Below are positions 9,197 through 18,465 of a stretch of 64,000 bases of DNA, in pieces. The position numbers and the translations under genes are program-made. The notes beneath the pieces are model-generated. The model did not search any database, was not told where the DNA came from, and was given only the letters and a program-made list of their open reading frames with translations. The stretch covers positions 1,505 through 65,504 of the forward strand of contig JAJZTH010000016.1 of NCBI GenBank assembly GCA_021849075.1. Direction: 5' to 3'. The stretch comes from Pseudomonadota bacterium (GTDB lineage Bacteria > Pseudomonadota > Alphaproteobacteria > Sphingomonadales > Sphingomonadaceae). Position 1 is the stretch's first letter. Each line of letters begins with the position of its first letter.

Positions 9197-10191
9197 CTCT
9201 GCCCGCCGATCATCCCGCTATCCCCACGCCCAAAGTCGGCATCTTGCTGATCAATCTGGGAACGCCCGATGCGCCCGACGCAAAGTCGGTACGACGCTAT
9301 CTGGCGGAATTCCTGTCCGACCGCCGCGTCGTGGAAATCCCGAAACTGGTGTGGCAACCGATCCTGCACGGCGCGATCCTGACCACCCGGCCAAAAAAAT
9401 CGGCCCATGCCTATCAACAGGTGTGGACGGACGAAGGCTCGCCGCTTGCCGTGCATAGCCGCGATACCGCTCGCGCATTGCAACAGGCGATGCCGCAGGT
9501 GATGGTCGACTGGGCCATGCGCTATGGCAATCCATCCATTGCGGCTCGGCTGGCTGATTTGAAGGCGCAGGGATGCGACCGCATCCTGCTCGCCCCGCTC
9601 TACCCGCAATATAGCGCCGCGACGACTGCCACCGCCAATGACGCCGCTTTTGCCGCACTGAAGGCGATGCGCTGGCAACCCGCCATCCGCACCCTGCCGC
9701 CCTATCATGACGACCCCGCCTATATCGGCGCGCTTCAGGCGTCGATCGAGGCGCACATCGCGGCGCTCGCTTTCAAGCCCGACGCGCTGCTCGCCAGTTT
9801 CCACGGCATGCCGGAACGCACCCTGCATCTGGGCGATCCCTATCATTGCCAGTCGAAGAAGACGGTGCGCCTGCTGCGCGAAGCCCTGTCGCTGCCGGTT
9901 CATATGAGCTTTCAGTCGCGGTTCGGCCGCGCCAAATGGCTGGAACCTGAAACGGAAGCGACGCTTGCCAAACTGGTGCGGCAAGGTGTCCGAAATATTG
10001 CTGTCACAACACCAGGCTTTTCTGCGGACTGCCTTGAAACCCTTGAAGAAATCGCATTGCGCGCAAAAGAAGTTTTTTTGCGCGAGGGGGGCGAAAATTT
10101 CGCCTATCTACCTTGTTTAAATGCGTCGGCGGACGCTATCACTCTGTATCAGAGGCTGATGAGCCGCGAGCTTTCGGGTTGGATCGACTGA
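9193..10191 (+). CDS. hemH: Ferrochelatase
   Basis: MTLPADHPAIPTPKVGILLINLGTPD...LYPQYS...FSADCLETLEEI. ATGA overlap with the upstream stop. Confidence 0.92.
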   Translation: MTLPADHPAIPTPKVGILLINLGTPDAPDAKSVRRYLAEFLSDRRVVEIPKLVWQPILHGAILTTRPKKSAHAYQQVWTDEGSPLAVHSRDTARALQQAMPQVMVDWAMRYGNPSIAARLADLKAQGCDRILLAPLYPQYSAATTATANDAAFAALKAMRWQPAIRTLPPYHDDPAYIGALQASIEAHIAALAFKPDALLASFHGMPERTLHLGDPYHCQSKKTVRLLREALSLPVHMSFQSRFGRAKWLEPETEATLAKLVRQGVRNIAVTTPGFSADCLETLEEIALRAKEVFLREGGENFAYLPCLNASADAITLYQRLMSRELSGWID

Positions 10192-10215
10192 CCCCATTTG
10201 GAAGAGGACGCTTTT

Positions 10216-10938
10216 ATGTCGAGAGTGGCGATCGTGACGGGCGGAACGCGGGGTATCGGCGAGGCGATCAGTCTGGCGCTCAAGGAATTGGGCTATACCG
10301 TTGCCGCCAACTATGCCGGCAATGAGGAAAAGGCCAAGGCGTTCACAGACAAGACCGGCATCGCATCCTTCAAATGGGATGTCGGCGATCATCAGGCATG
10401 TCTCGACGGCTGCGCTGCCGTCACCGAAGCGCTTGGTCCCATCGATGTGGTCGTCAACAATGCGGGCATCACCCGTGACGGCGTGCTCGCCCGAATGAGC
10501 TTTGACGACTGGAACGAAGTGATGCGCATCAACCTTGGCGGCTGTTTCAACATGGCCAAGGCGACCTTTGGCGGCATGCGCGAACGCGGCTGGGGCCGCA
10601 TCGTCAACATCGGTTCGATCAATGGTCAGGCCGGTCAATATGGCCAGGTCAATTACGCGGCCGCCAAATCGGGCATCCATGGCTTCACCAAGGCGCTGGC
10701 GCAGGAAGGCGCCAAATATGGTGTGACCGTGAACGCCATCGCGCCCGGCTATATCGACACCGACATGGTGGCCGCGGTGCCCGCGCCGGTGCTGGAAAAG
10801 ATCGTAGCGAAAATCCCGGTCGGCCGTCTGGGTCAGGCCCATGAAATCGCGCGCGGCGTTGCTTTCCTGTGCTGCGAGGAAGGCGGCTTCGTGACCGGCA
10901 GCACGCTGTCGATCAACGGCGGCCAGCACATGTATTGA
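10216..10938 (+). CDS. phbB: Acetoacetyl-CoA reductase (SDR family, PhaB/PhbB type)
   Basis: MSRVAIVTGGTRGIGEAI...NNAGITRD...YAAAKSG. GAAGAGGA lies 7 nt upstream of the ATG. Confidence 0.88.
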   Translation: MSRVAIVTGGTRGIGEAISLALKELGYTVAANYAGNEEKAKAFTDKTGIASFKWDVGDHQACLDGCAAVTEALGPIDVVVNNAGITRDGVLARMSFDDWNEVMRINLGGCFNMAKATFGGMRERGWGRIVNIGSINGQAGQYGQVNYAAAKSGIHGFTKALAQEGAKYGVTVNAIAPGYIDTDMVAAVPAPVLEKIVAKIPVGRLGQAHEIARGVAFLCCEEGGFVTGSTLSINGGQHMY

Positions 10939-11207
10939 TGGATAGCGGCGGCCCCGACACGCCTTCGGGGCCGCCGACCTTCGCGCCGCCGGTCAAGCGG
11001 AGCGTCACCATCGCCGGCCATCAGACGGCGATCAGCCTTGAACCCATCTTCTGGATTGCGCTGCGCCATGCCGCTGCGCAGCAAAATGTGCCGATCAATG
11101 CCCTGATCGCGCGCATCGACGTTGCGCGTCTGGCTGCCGATCCCGCGCCCAATCTGGCGAGCGCAATACGTTGCTGGCTTTTTGCGCAAAATCAACAAAG
11201 TGAATAA
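10938..11207 (+). CDS. Small ribbon-helix-helix (RHH_4-like) domain protein
   Basis: RSVTIAGHQTAISLEPIFWIALRHAAAQQNVPINALIARID pattern. The start overlaps the phbB stop (TGATG). Confidence 0.65.
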   Translation: MDSGGPDTPSGPPTFAPPVKRSVTIAGHQTAISLEPIFWIALRHAAAQQNVPINALIARIDVARLAADPAPNLASAIRCWLFAQNQQSE

Positions 11208-11249
11208 GAGTTATTCGCATTAGCGTTGACAGTAAGAACGATTCGCAAT
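11203..11249 (+). promoter_or_regulatory. Two Fur-box-like 19-mers flanking/overlapping a TTGACA -35 element upstream of the TBDR gene
   Basis: AATAAGAGTTATTCGCATT (11203-11221) and AGTAAGAACGATTCGCAAT (11231-11249), with TTGACA at 11226-11231. Both share the core ATTCGCA(T/A)T with the site at 13828-13846. Confidence 0.55.
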
Positions 11250-11287
11250 AGCAGCCCTCCGTCTAAGACAGAGGGGAAACTGCTTTC

Positions 11288-13720
11288 ATGAGCAAGTCTG
11301 CATCACACACATCATTTCTGGCGCTAAGCTGTGTCGGCGCCATGGCCTTCGCCACCGCCGCGCACGCCCAGACTGCCGACCAGGGCCAAAAACTGGGCGG
11401 CATGACGGTCACGGACAGCGCGATTGACGAGTCCGACGTGAAGGTCGAGCGGGCGGAATCGCCCAAATATGTCCGGCCGCTGCTCGATACGCCGCAGACC
11501 ATCACCGTCATTGGCAAAGCGACCATCCAGCAGCAGAATTTGCTGACCCTGCGCGACGTTCTGTCGACGGTGCCGGGCATCACCTTCGGCGCGGGCGAAG
11601 GCGGCTTTGGCTATGGCGATCGCATCATTCTGCGCGGCCAGGACGCCAAGAGCGACGTCACCGTCGATGGCGTGCGGTCGCAGGGCTTTGGCAACCGCAA
11701 CGAAGTCTATAATATCGAACAGGTGGAAGTCACCAACGGCGCCAACTCCGTCATGAACGGCGGCGGCTCGGTCGCGGGCACCATCAATCTCGTCACCAAG
11801 CGCCCGCTGGCGGACGACCAGACCGTCCTGTCGGCCGGCATCGGCACCGACAATTATTATCGCGCCACGGTCGACACCAACCAGCGCGTCAATGATCTGA
11901 TCGCGGTGCGCCTGAACGCCGTCTATCATGAAAATGACGTGCCGGGCCGCAAGGTCGAGGATTATAAGCGCTGGGGCTTTGCGCCGGCCATCACCATCGG
12001 CATCGATGGGCCGACCAGCCTGACGTTGCAGGGCGAATATCTCGACGACAAGTCGATGCCGCAATATGGCCTGCGCTATTATGCCAATCTGGGCGGCTTC
12101 CTGGATGAGTTCGACCGCGAAGGCTATTATGGCTTTGCGAACCTCGACAAGCAGAACAGCAAGACGAAATCGCTCCAGGCGATCTTCTCCCATGAATTTT
12201 CGGACAAGGTGAAGATCCGCAATCTGACCCGCTACGAAAATATCAAGCAGGACACGATCACCAGCCAGCCCAACGGCACCTTCTGCCTGTCGTCGACCGG
12301 CTTGCAACCGCAGGCGCCCTTCATCGGCGGCACGGCGGCGGCCTGCACCACGACGGTCAACAATGCGCCTTTCACTGTGCCTGCCGGCTATTATCTGCCG
12401 ACTGGCGGCCGTGGCGTGGAGCGCCTTATTTCCAATACGACCGCCTATAACCAGCTCGACCTGAGCGCCGATTTCGACACTGGCGGCATCGGCCATACGA
12501 TGGTGCTGGGCGTGTCGGCCTTGTGGGAACGCTATTCGCAGAATCAGGGCACGCTGCCGCGCAATGCCGATGGTTCGACCCCGCTCTTCCCGCTGGTCAG
12601 CATCTCCAACCCGGGCGAAGTCGTGCAAGGTCCGGCTGGCTATAGCTACGGCAACAACACCTATACCGGCCCGATCAACTTCATCCGCACAAGTCAGGCA
12701 ATTGGCGAGCAGACCAGCTATGCGGCCTATCTGTTCGATGCGATGAAGATCACCGAATGGTTCGAGCTGAATGGCGGCGTCCGCTATGAAAAGGTGGAGG
12801 GCTTCAACCGCAACTTCTCCTATGTGACCACTGCCGGTTCGCCGCAGCTGGGCCAGCTCAATGGTGCGCCGACCTATTTCAAAATGCCCTCGGACGAACT
12901 CTTCTCCTACCGCATCGGTGCGGTGGTGAAGCCCACGCCGAACACCAGCATTTACGCCGCCTATGGCAATTCGACCCTGCCGTCCAAGGCGTCGGTCGAT
13001 CAGGCATGCTCCGCCACCACCTGCACCACCAGACCGGAAACGACGAAGAATTACGAAGTCGGTGTGAAGGCGGATCTGTTCGACAACAAACTGCTGCTGA
13101 CCGCGTCGGTCTTCCGCAATGATCGCAACCAGATCCGCGTCGCGGCCGGCGATTTCGCCGATTCCGAACAGCGTCTGGACGGTCATCAGCGGGTGGAGGG
13201 TATTTCCCTCGGCGCGTCGGGCAACATCACGTCCAACTGGACCATCTCGGCCAACTATATGTACCTCAAGTCCGAGATTAAGCAGGGCGTATCCGACTTC
13301 TGCCTTGCCAATCCGGGCACGGCGCAGTGCACCAGCAACAGCGTGGCCTTCCCCGATCCGACGGCAGGCTATGCGCTCACCAACACGCCCAAACATTCGG
13401 GCAGCCTGTTCACCACCTATCGTTTCGGCTTCGGTCTGGAGCTGGGCTATGGCCTGACCTATCAGGGCAAGTTCCTGCTCAATCAGCCGACCTTGGCGCA
13501 GCTCGCAGGCAATACTTACGTCGCTTATCATGTGCCGAGCTACACCATCCATCGCTTCATGGCTTCCTATCCGATCACGGAAAAGCTGAAGGCGCAGGTG
13601 AATGTGCAGAACTTCACCGACGAGAAATATGTGACGACGGTGCGTAACCAGGTTGCGGGCAGCTGGGCGCAGCCCGCGCCGACCCGTTCGGCCACTTTCA
13701 CGCTGAACTATCAGTTCTGA
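11288..13720 (+). CDS. TonB-dependent siderophore receptor (Fiu/PiuA catecholate type)
   Basis: Signal peptide, plug-region DTPQTITVI...LRDVLSTVPGITFGAGEGG, and a C-terminal ...TFTLNYQF beta-signal. Confidence 0.9.
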   Translation: MSKSASHTSFLALSCVGAMAFATAAHAQTADQGQKLGGMTVTDSAIDESDVKVERAESPKYVRPLLDTPQTITVIGKATIQQQNLLTLRDVLSTVPGITFGAGEGGFGYGDRIILRGQDAKSDVTVDGVRSQGFGNRNEVYNIEQVEVTNGANSVMNGGGSVAGTINLVTKRPLADDQTVLSAGIGTDNYYRATVDTNQRVNDLIAVRLNAVYHENDVPGRKVEDYKRWGFAPAITIGIDGPTSLTLQGEYLDDKSMPQYGLRYYANLGGFLDEFDREGYYGFANLDKQNSKTKSLQAIFSHEFSDKVKIRNLTRYENIKQDTITSQPNGTFCLSSTGLQPQAPFIGGTAAACTTTVNNAPFTVPAGYYLPTGGRGVERLISNTTAYNQLDLSADFDTGGIGHTMVLGVSALWERYSQNQGTLPRNADGSTPLFPLVSISNPGEVVQGPAGYSYGNNTYTGPINFIRTSQAIGEQTSYAAYLFDAMKITEWFELNGGVRYEKVEGFNRNFSYVTTAGSPQLGQLNGAPTYFKMPSDELFSYRIGAVVKPTPNTSIYAAYGNSTLPSKASVDQACSATTCTTRPETTKNYEVGVKADLFDNKLLLTASVFRNDRNQIRVAAGDFADSEQRLDGHQRVEGISLGASGNITSNWTISANYMYLKSEIKQGVSDFCLANPGTAQCTSNSVAFPDPTAGYALTNTPKHSGSLFTTYRFGFGLELGYGLTYQGKFLLNQPTLAQLAGNTYVAYHVPSYTIHRFMASYPITEKLKAQVNVQNFTDEKYVTTVRNQVAGSWAQPAPTRSATFTLNYQF

Positions 13721-13760
13721 TCCTGATTTCCCCCGGCACGTCCCGTCCGGGGGATAAGGG

Positions 13761-13812
13761 GCGGGCGGCGATACACTCCAACCTCCTCGGGTCGCCGCCC
13801 GTCCCAATCTTT
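13761..13812 (+). terminator. GC-rich hairpin followed by a T-rich tract downstream of the TBDR gene
   Basis: gcGGGCGGCGA-20 nt-TCGCCGCCCgt, then cccaatcttttct. Confidence 0.5.
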
Positions 13813-13827
13813 TCTGAACATTGCCAG

Positions 13828-13846
13828 ATCGCGATTGATTCGCATT
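13828..13846 (+). promoter_or_regulatory. Fur-box-like site upstream of tonB
   Basis: ATCGCGATTGATTCGCATT shares ATTCGCATTAG with the 11203 site. It lies 39 nt upstream of the tonB ATG. Confidence 0.5.
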
Positions 13847-13884
13847 AGTCTTCGCGTTATGGGCGCGGAGAGGGAGGCGCTTCC

Positions 13885-14664
13885 ATGTTGCAAGCCGCTA
13901 GCCAGCCGATCGATGACTATGGAGTTATGGCCGACCATCGGGACGCTATTGATGCGCCGGTTGTTTCGGCCGCCGTTACGCCGGCCATGCCGGCCATGCC
14001 GGCCGTCGCAGAGCGCTATCGCGCCCGCTCCCGTCCCAATCTTCCGGCCATCATTGCCATAGTGGCGATCCATGCCTTGGTGATCGGCGCTTTGATCCAG
14101 GTGCGCAACCATGTGCAGCGCATGGAGGCGACGAAGCTGACGGTGGTCAATCTGACCCGGCCTCCGCCGCCGCCCGCTGCTGAAACGCCGCCGCCGCCAC
14201 CCTCCCAGCCGCAGGTCGTGGCTCCCCCGCCGATCGTGCAGACGCCCGCGCCTCCGGTGCCGGTGCAGACCACGCCCGATCCTGTGCCGGTTCCCAGTCC
14301 CGTGCCCGTCGCTGTCGTTGCGCCGTCGCCTTCCCCCGCGCCGGCCGCGCCGCCGGCCCCGCCCAGCATCGTGCAGGGCGGTGATCTTGGCACCCAGATG
14401 GTCGCCGGCAAACCGCCTCGCTATCCGGTCGAAAGCCGCCGCAAGCATGAACAGGGGACGGTCGTCCTGACCCTGATCCTGGGGCTGGACGGCGCCGTCG
14501 AGACGGTCAGCGTGTCACAGAGCAGCGGATCGTCTCGCCTCGACAACGCGGCGCGCGACGCGGTGAAGGGATGGCGCTGGAAGCCGACCATTCGTGGCGG
14601 CCAACCGGTCCGGGTGAAGGGTGTCGTTGAAATCCCGTTCGTTCTTCGTGTCGACGCTGCCTGA
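13885..14664 (+). CDS. tonB: Energy transducer TonB
   Basis: TM anchor, a long Pro-rich spacer (PPPPPAAETPPPPPSQPQVVAPPPIVQTPAPPVPV...) and a C-terminal TonB domain (YPVESRRKHEQGTVVL...). GAGAGGGAGG SD. Confidence 0.9.
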   Translation: MLQAASQPIDDYGVMADHRDAIDAPVVSAAVTPAMPAMPAVAERYRARSRPNLPAIIAIVAIHALVIGALIQVRNHVQRMEATKLTVVNLTRPPPPPAAETPPPPPSQPQVVAPPPIVQTPAPPVPVQTTPDPVPVPSPVPVAVVAPSPSPAPAAPPAPPSIVQGGDLGTQMVAGKPPRYPVESRRKHEQGTVVLTLILGLDGAVETVSVSQSSGSSRLDNAARDAVKGWRWKPTIRGGQPVRVKGVVEIPFVLRVDAA

Positions 14665-14670
14665 GTTTTT

Positions 14671-15354
14671 ATGCTGATTGCCATTCCCGACCTGATCGAC
14701 GCCGATGGCGTCGCGTCCATCCGCGCCCTGATCGATGCCGCCGACTGGGTGGATGGCAACATCACCTCCGGCCACCAATCCGCACTGGCCAAGCGCAACC
14801 TGCAATTGCCCGAGGATAGCGACGCGGCCAAGCGGGCGGGGCAGATGGTGCTGGACGCGCTGGGGCGATCGCCCTTGTTCATTGCCGCCGCGCTGCCGCT
14901 GAAGATTTTTCCGCCCTTGTTCAACAGCTATGCCGGCGGCCAGAATTTCGGCGTGCATGTCGACAATGCCGTGCGCATTCAGGCGGGAACGGGCTTTCGC
15001 GTGCGATCCGACCTGTCGATCACGGTCTTTCTGGAAGAACCGGACGCCTATGATGGCGGCGAACTGACGATCGAAACCAATTTTGGCGTGCAGCAGGTCA
15101 AGCTGCCCGCCGGCCATGCGGTGCTATATCCGTCCTCATCGCTTCATCGGGTCGAACCCGTGACGCGGGGGCGGCGGGTGGCCAGCTTCTTCTGGCTACA
15201 GTCGATGATCAGGGACGATGGCGCGCGCCAGATGCTGTTCGATCTCGACCGCAGCGTACAGGGGGTTGCGACCGCGCTGGGGCAGGATCATGGCGAAGTG
15301 ATCCGCCTGACCGGCGTCTATCATAATCTGTTGCGCCGCTGGGCCGACGCCTGA
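14671..15354 (+). CDS. piuC: Fe(II)/2-oxoglutarate-dependent PKHD-type hydroxylase (PiuC/YbiX family)
   Basis: [14 protein letters not shown]...[16 protein letters not shown]...HVDNA...[16 protein letters not shown]. Confidence 0.88.
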   Translation: MLIAIPDLIDADGVASIRALIDAADWVDGNITSGHQSALAKRNLQLPEDSDAAKRAGQMVLDALGRSPLFIAAALPLKIFPPLFNSYAGGQNFGVHVDNAVRIQAGTGFRVRSDLSITVFLEEPDAYDGGELTIETNFGVQQVKLPAGHAVLYPSSSLHRVEPVTRGRRVASFFWLQSMIRDDGARQMLFDLDRSVQGVATALGQDHGEVIRLTGVYHNLLRRWADA

Positions 15355-15364
15355 AGCGCAGGTG

Positions 15365-15395
15365 ATTGGCGGCAACCGGCCCGGCTGCCGCCAAT
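15365..15395. terminator. Perfect 10-bp-stem hairpin between convergent piuC and ilvD
   Basis: ATTGGCGGCA-11 nt-TGCCGCCAAT. There is no U-tract, so its function as a terminator is uncertain. Confidence 0.4.
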
Positions 15396-15401
15396 GCAGG
15401 A

Positions 15402-17252
15402 TCAGCGTTCGATCTGGCTGACGTCGCGCACCGCGCCCTTGGCGGCGTTGGTGGTCATCGCGGCATAGGCGCGCAGGGCGGGGGACACTTCGCGCTTGCG
15501 GCCGAAGGGTTTCCACGCCTTGGCGCCGCGGGCTTCCATTTCGGCGCGGCGGGCGTCGAGAATGGCGTCGTCCAGATCGACCTTGATCACGCGGGCCGGA
15601 ATGTCGATGACGATCGGGTCGCCCGTTTCGACCAGCGCGATCAGGCCGCCTTCGGCCGCTTCGGGCGAGACATGGCCGATCGACAGACCCGATGTGCCGC
15701 CCGAAAAGCGTCCGTCGGTGATGAGCGCGCAGGCTTTGCCCAGGCCCTTCGACTTCAGATAGCTGGTCGGATAGAGCATTTCCTGCATGCCTGGCCCGCC
15801 CTTTGGCCCTTCATAGCGAATGATGACGACGTCGTTCGCTTTCACTTCATTGCCCAAAATGCCGGCGACCGCCGCATCCTGGCTTTCATAGACGCGCGCG
15901 GTGCCGTGGAAGACGAGGATGCTTTCATCCACGCCGGCGGTCTTCACGATGCAGCCTTCAGGCGCAAGGTTGCCGGAGAGGACGGCGATGCCGCCATCCT
16001 TGGAAAAGGCATGCTCGACCGAACGGATCACGCCATGTTCGCGGTCGGTGTCCAGTTCCTCCCAGCGGGCCGACTGGCTGAAGGCCACCTGCGTCGGCAC
16101 GCCGCCGGGGGCCGCGCGATAGAAGTTGCGGACGTCCTCGCTATTGGTGCGGCCAATGTCCCAGCGGGCCAGCGCATCGGCCATGGTGCGGCTGTGGACG
16201 GTGCGCAGCGATGCATCGATCAGGCCGCCACGCTCCAGTTCGCCCAGGATCGCCATGATGCCGCCGGCGCGGTGAACGTCCTCCATATGGACGTCATTCT
16301 TGGCGGGGGCGACCTTGCACAGGCAGGGGACGCGGCGCGACAGCCGGTCGATGTCGGCCATGGTGAAGTCGATGCCGCCTTCGAAGGCGGCAGCCAGCAG
16401 ATGCAGCACGGTGTTGGACGAACCGCCCATGGCGATGTCCAGGCTCATCGCATTTTCGAACGCGGCGAAATTGGCGATGCTGCGCGGCAGGACGCTGGCG
16501 TCATCCTGCTCATAATAGCGCTTGGTGATGTCGACGATCAGATGGCCGGCTTCGCGGAACAGGCGCTCGCGATCGGCATGGGTGGCGAGCGTCGATCCAT
16601 TGCCGGGCAGCGACAGGCCCAAAGCCTCGGTCAGGCAATTCATCGAATTGGCGGTGAACATGCCCGAACAGCTGCCGCAGGTGGGGCAGGCGGACCGTTC
16701 GATCGTCTGGACTTCTTCGTCCGTATAGCTTTCGTCGGCGGCGACGACCATGGCGTCGACCAGGTCGAGCGCGACCTTCTTGCCGCGCACGACGGTCTTG
16801 CCGGCTTCCATCGGTCCGCCGGAGACGAAGACGACGGGAATGTTGAGGCGCATGGCGGCCATCAGCATGCCGGGCGTGATCTTGTCGCAGTTGGAGATGC
16901 AGACGATCGCGTCGGCGCAATGGGCGTTGACCATATATTCGACGCTGTCGGCGATCAGATCGCGGCTGGGCAGCGAATAGAGCATGCCACCATGGCCCAT
17001 GGCGATGCCGTCATCGACCGCGATGGTGTTGAATTCCTTGGCGACGCCGCCGGCCGCCTCAATCTCGCGCGCGACCAGCTGGCCAAGGTCCTTCAAATGG
17101 ACATGGCCGGGCACGAACTGGGTGAAGCTATTGGCAATGGCGATGATCGGCTTGCCAAAATCCTCGTCCTTCATCCCCGTCGCGCGCCACAGGCCGCGCG
17201 CGCCGGCCATGTTGCGGCCGTGGGTGGTGGTGCGGGAACGATAGGCAGGCAT
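15402..17252 (-). CDS. ilvD: Dihydroxy-acid dehydratase
   Basis: [27 protein letters not shown]...CDKITPGM...[11 protein letters not shown]-like motifs. GAAGGA SD before the ATG at 17252. The ORF-track start at 17369 is an upstream extension. Confidence 0.93.
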   Translation of the reverse strand: MPAYRSRTTTHGRNMAGARGLWRATGMKDEDFGKPIIAIANSFTQFVPGHVHLKDLGQLVAREIEAAGGVAKEFNTIAVDDGIAMGHGGMLYSLPSRDLIADSVEYMVNAHCADAIVCISNCDKITPGMLMAAMRLNIPVVFVSGGPMEAGKTVVRGKKVALDLVDAMVVAADESYTDEEVQTIERSACPTCGSCSGMFTANSMNCLTEALGLSLPGNGSTLATHADRERLFREAGHLIVDITKRYYEQDDASVLPRSIANFAAFENAMSLDIAMGGSSNTVLHLLAAAFEGGIDFTMADIDRLSRRVPCLCKVAPAKNDVHMEDVHRAGGIMAILGELERGGLIDASLRTVHSRTMADALARWDIGRTNSEDVRNFYRAAPGGVPTQVAFSQSARWEELDTDREHGVIRSVEHAFSKDGGIAVLSGNLAPEGCIVKTAGVDESILVFHGTARVYESQDAAVAGILGNEVKANDVVIIRYEGPKGGPGMQEMLYPTSYLKSKGLGKACALITDGRFSGGTSGLSIGHVSPEAAEGGLIALVETGDPIVIDIPARVIKVDLDDAILDARRAEMEARGAKAWKPFGRKREVSPALRAYAAMTTNAAKGAVRDVSQIER

Positions 17253-17421
17253 GACTCGGGTCCTTCGGGTAAAATATCGCGGTCCCTCTACAGGTTGGGA
17301 CCGGTCTGTGAAACATATTATTCCTTTTATGGAGCCGTTGCGCCATTTTCTTGCGCCAGATGCAGACATCTTTGAGGCGCGCCGGGCGCCGTCGTACCGC
17401 GGATGATCCCATGATCATGCC

Positions 17422-17457
17422 CTTAACTTCGCATATTTCCCGCAAGTTTTGACATTT
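17422..17457 (-). repeat. Copy B of the 36-nt conserved intergenic element
   Basis: The reverse complement reads AAATGTC-aaaact-TGCGGGAAATATGCGAAGTTAAG. It lies about 170-205 nt upstream of the ilvD start and is oriented toward ilvD. Confidence 0.7.
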
Positions 17458-17645
17458 CATGTCAGGATCGTGAAATTATCTTATCTGACTGTTGCGCCAA
17501 TATAGGTAGTACGGGGCCTTGCAGGACAGGTGCAGGACGGGGCGTGGCCCCAACGGCATCTCGCCGTCGGCGGGGGCGATGTGATTGTCCCAGGGCGGGA
17601 CCGGCCGGGCAGGGCGCGCAAAGCGGACTGGCGCTGCGGAAAATC

Positions 17646-18338
17646 ATGGTTAAGAAAAGCTTTATGCCTTTTCTGCGGCTTTCCTTTCCACGCCTGATGG
17701 CCCCTGTTGTCTGCCTTGTCGCCTGCCTTGTTGCAGCCGACGCCGTGCCCGCCCAGTCGTTGACGGATGCGCCGCTGGCCGCGGGTGGCTATCGCTGGCT
17801 GGAGGATGGGGCGGGGGACGGCCCGCTCTATATGATCGTCAGCATCGAACGGCAGCGGGTGCATGTCTATAGCGGCGACCGGCTGATCGGCGTCGCCAGC
17901 GTATCTACCGGCATGAAGGGGCATCGCACCCCAACCGGCGCCTATCCGATCCTGCAAAAGCGGCAATGGCACCGCTCCAACCTCTACAGCAACGCGCCCA
18001 TGCCCTTCATGCAGCGGCTGACATGGGACGGCATAGCGCTGCATGCCGGGCATAATCCGGGCTATCCCGCCAGCCATGGCTGTATTCGCCTGCCCTATGC
18101 CTTTGCGCAAAAGCTGTTCGCGATGACGCGGATCGGAACGCTGGTGGAGGTGACGCAGGCGCGGCTCAACGCAGCACTGCGGCTCGATCCGCTGGTGGTG
18201 AGCGATCCGGGCAGCACGGTGGTCAGCTTTGGATCGGGCAAGGGCGCAGCCATGGCCCTGCCGCCGGCGGAGGCGGGGGATGATGGCGTGCCGATGCTGG
18301 AGATTGATCCGGCGATTTTCGGCGTGCGGCGGCGATAG
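17646..18338 (+). CDS. L,D-transpeptidase (YkuD-fold) family protein
   Basis: HRTPTGAYPI...IALHAGHNPGYPASHGCIRLP active-site motif. Signal-like N-terminus MVKKSFMPFLRLSFPRLMAPVVCLVACLVAADA. Confidence 0.85.
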   Translation: MVKKSFMPFLRLSFPRLMAPVVCLVACLVAADAVPAQSLTDAPLAAGGYRWLEDGAGDGPLYMIVSIERQRVHVYSGDRLIGVASVSTGMKGHRTPTGAYPILQKRQWHRSNLYSNAPMPFMQRLTWDGIALHAGHNPGYPASHGCIRLPYAFAQKLFAMTRIGTLVEVTQARLNAALRLDPLVVSDPGSTVVSFGSGKGAAMALPPAEAGDDGVPMLEIDPAIFGVRRR

Positions 18339-18465
18339 GGTGAAATTGCCTGCGACGCATCCGATCCGGATAGCATCACGAAGAAATATTCATTTCGGTT
18401 ACAGATCAAATTTACGATAAACTATGATTCGTCCAACATTGTGTTGCGCAGATCATAGGTGGATC

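Noticed and set aside
11324-13807. 827-aa minus-strand ORF opposite the siderophore receptor gene
   Set aside because: It is a shadow ORF of a GC-rich gene. The plus-strand frame has a signal peptide, plug motifs and a terminal beta-signal; the minus frame has none. The same reasoning applies to 41041-42879 (+) and 27313-28530 (-) opposite the other TBDR genes.
15366-17375. 669-aa plus-strand ORF opposite ilvD
   Set aside because: Antisense shadow. The IlvD motifs are on the minus strand.
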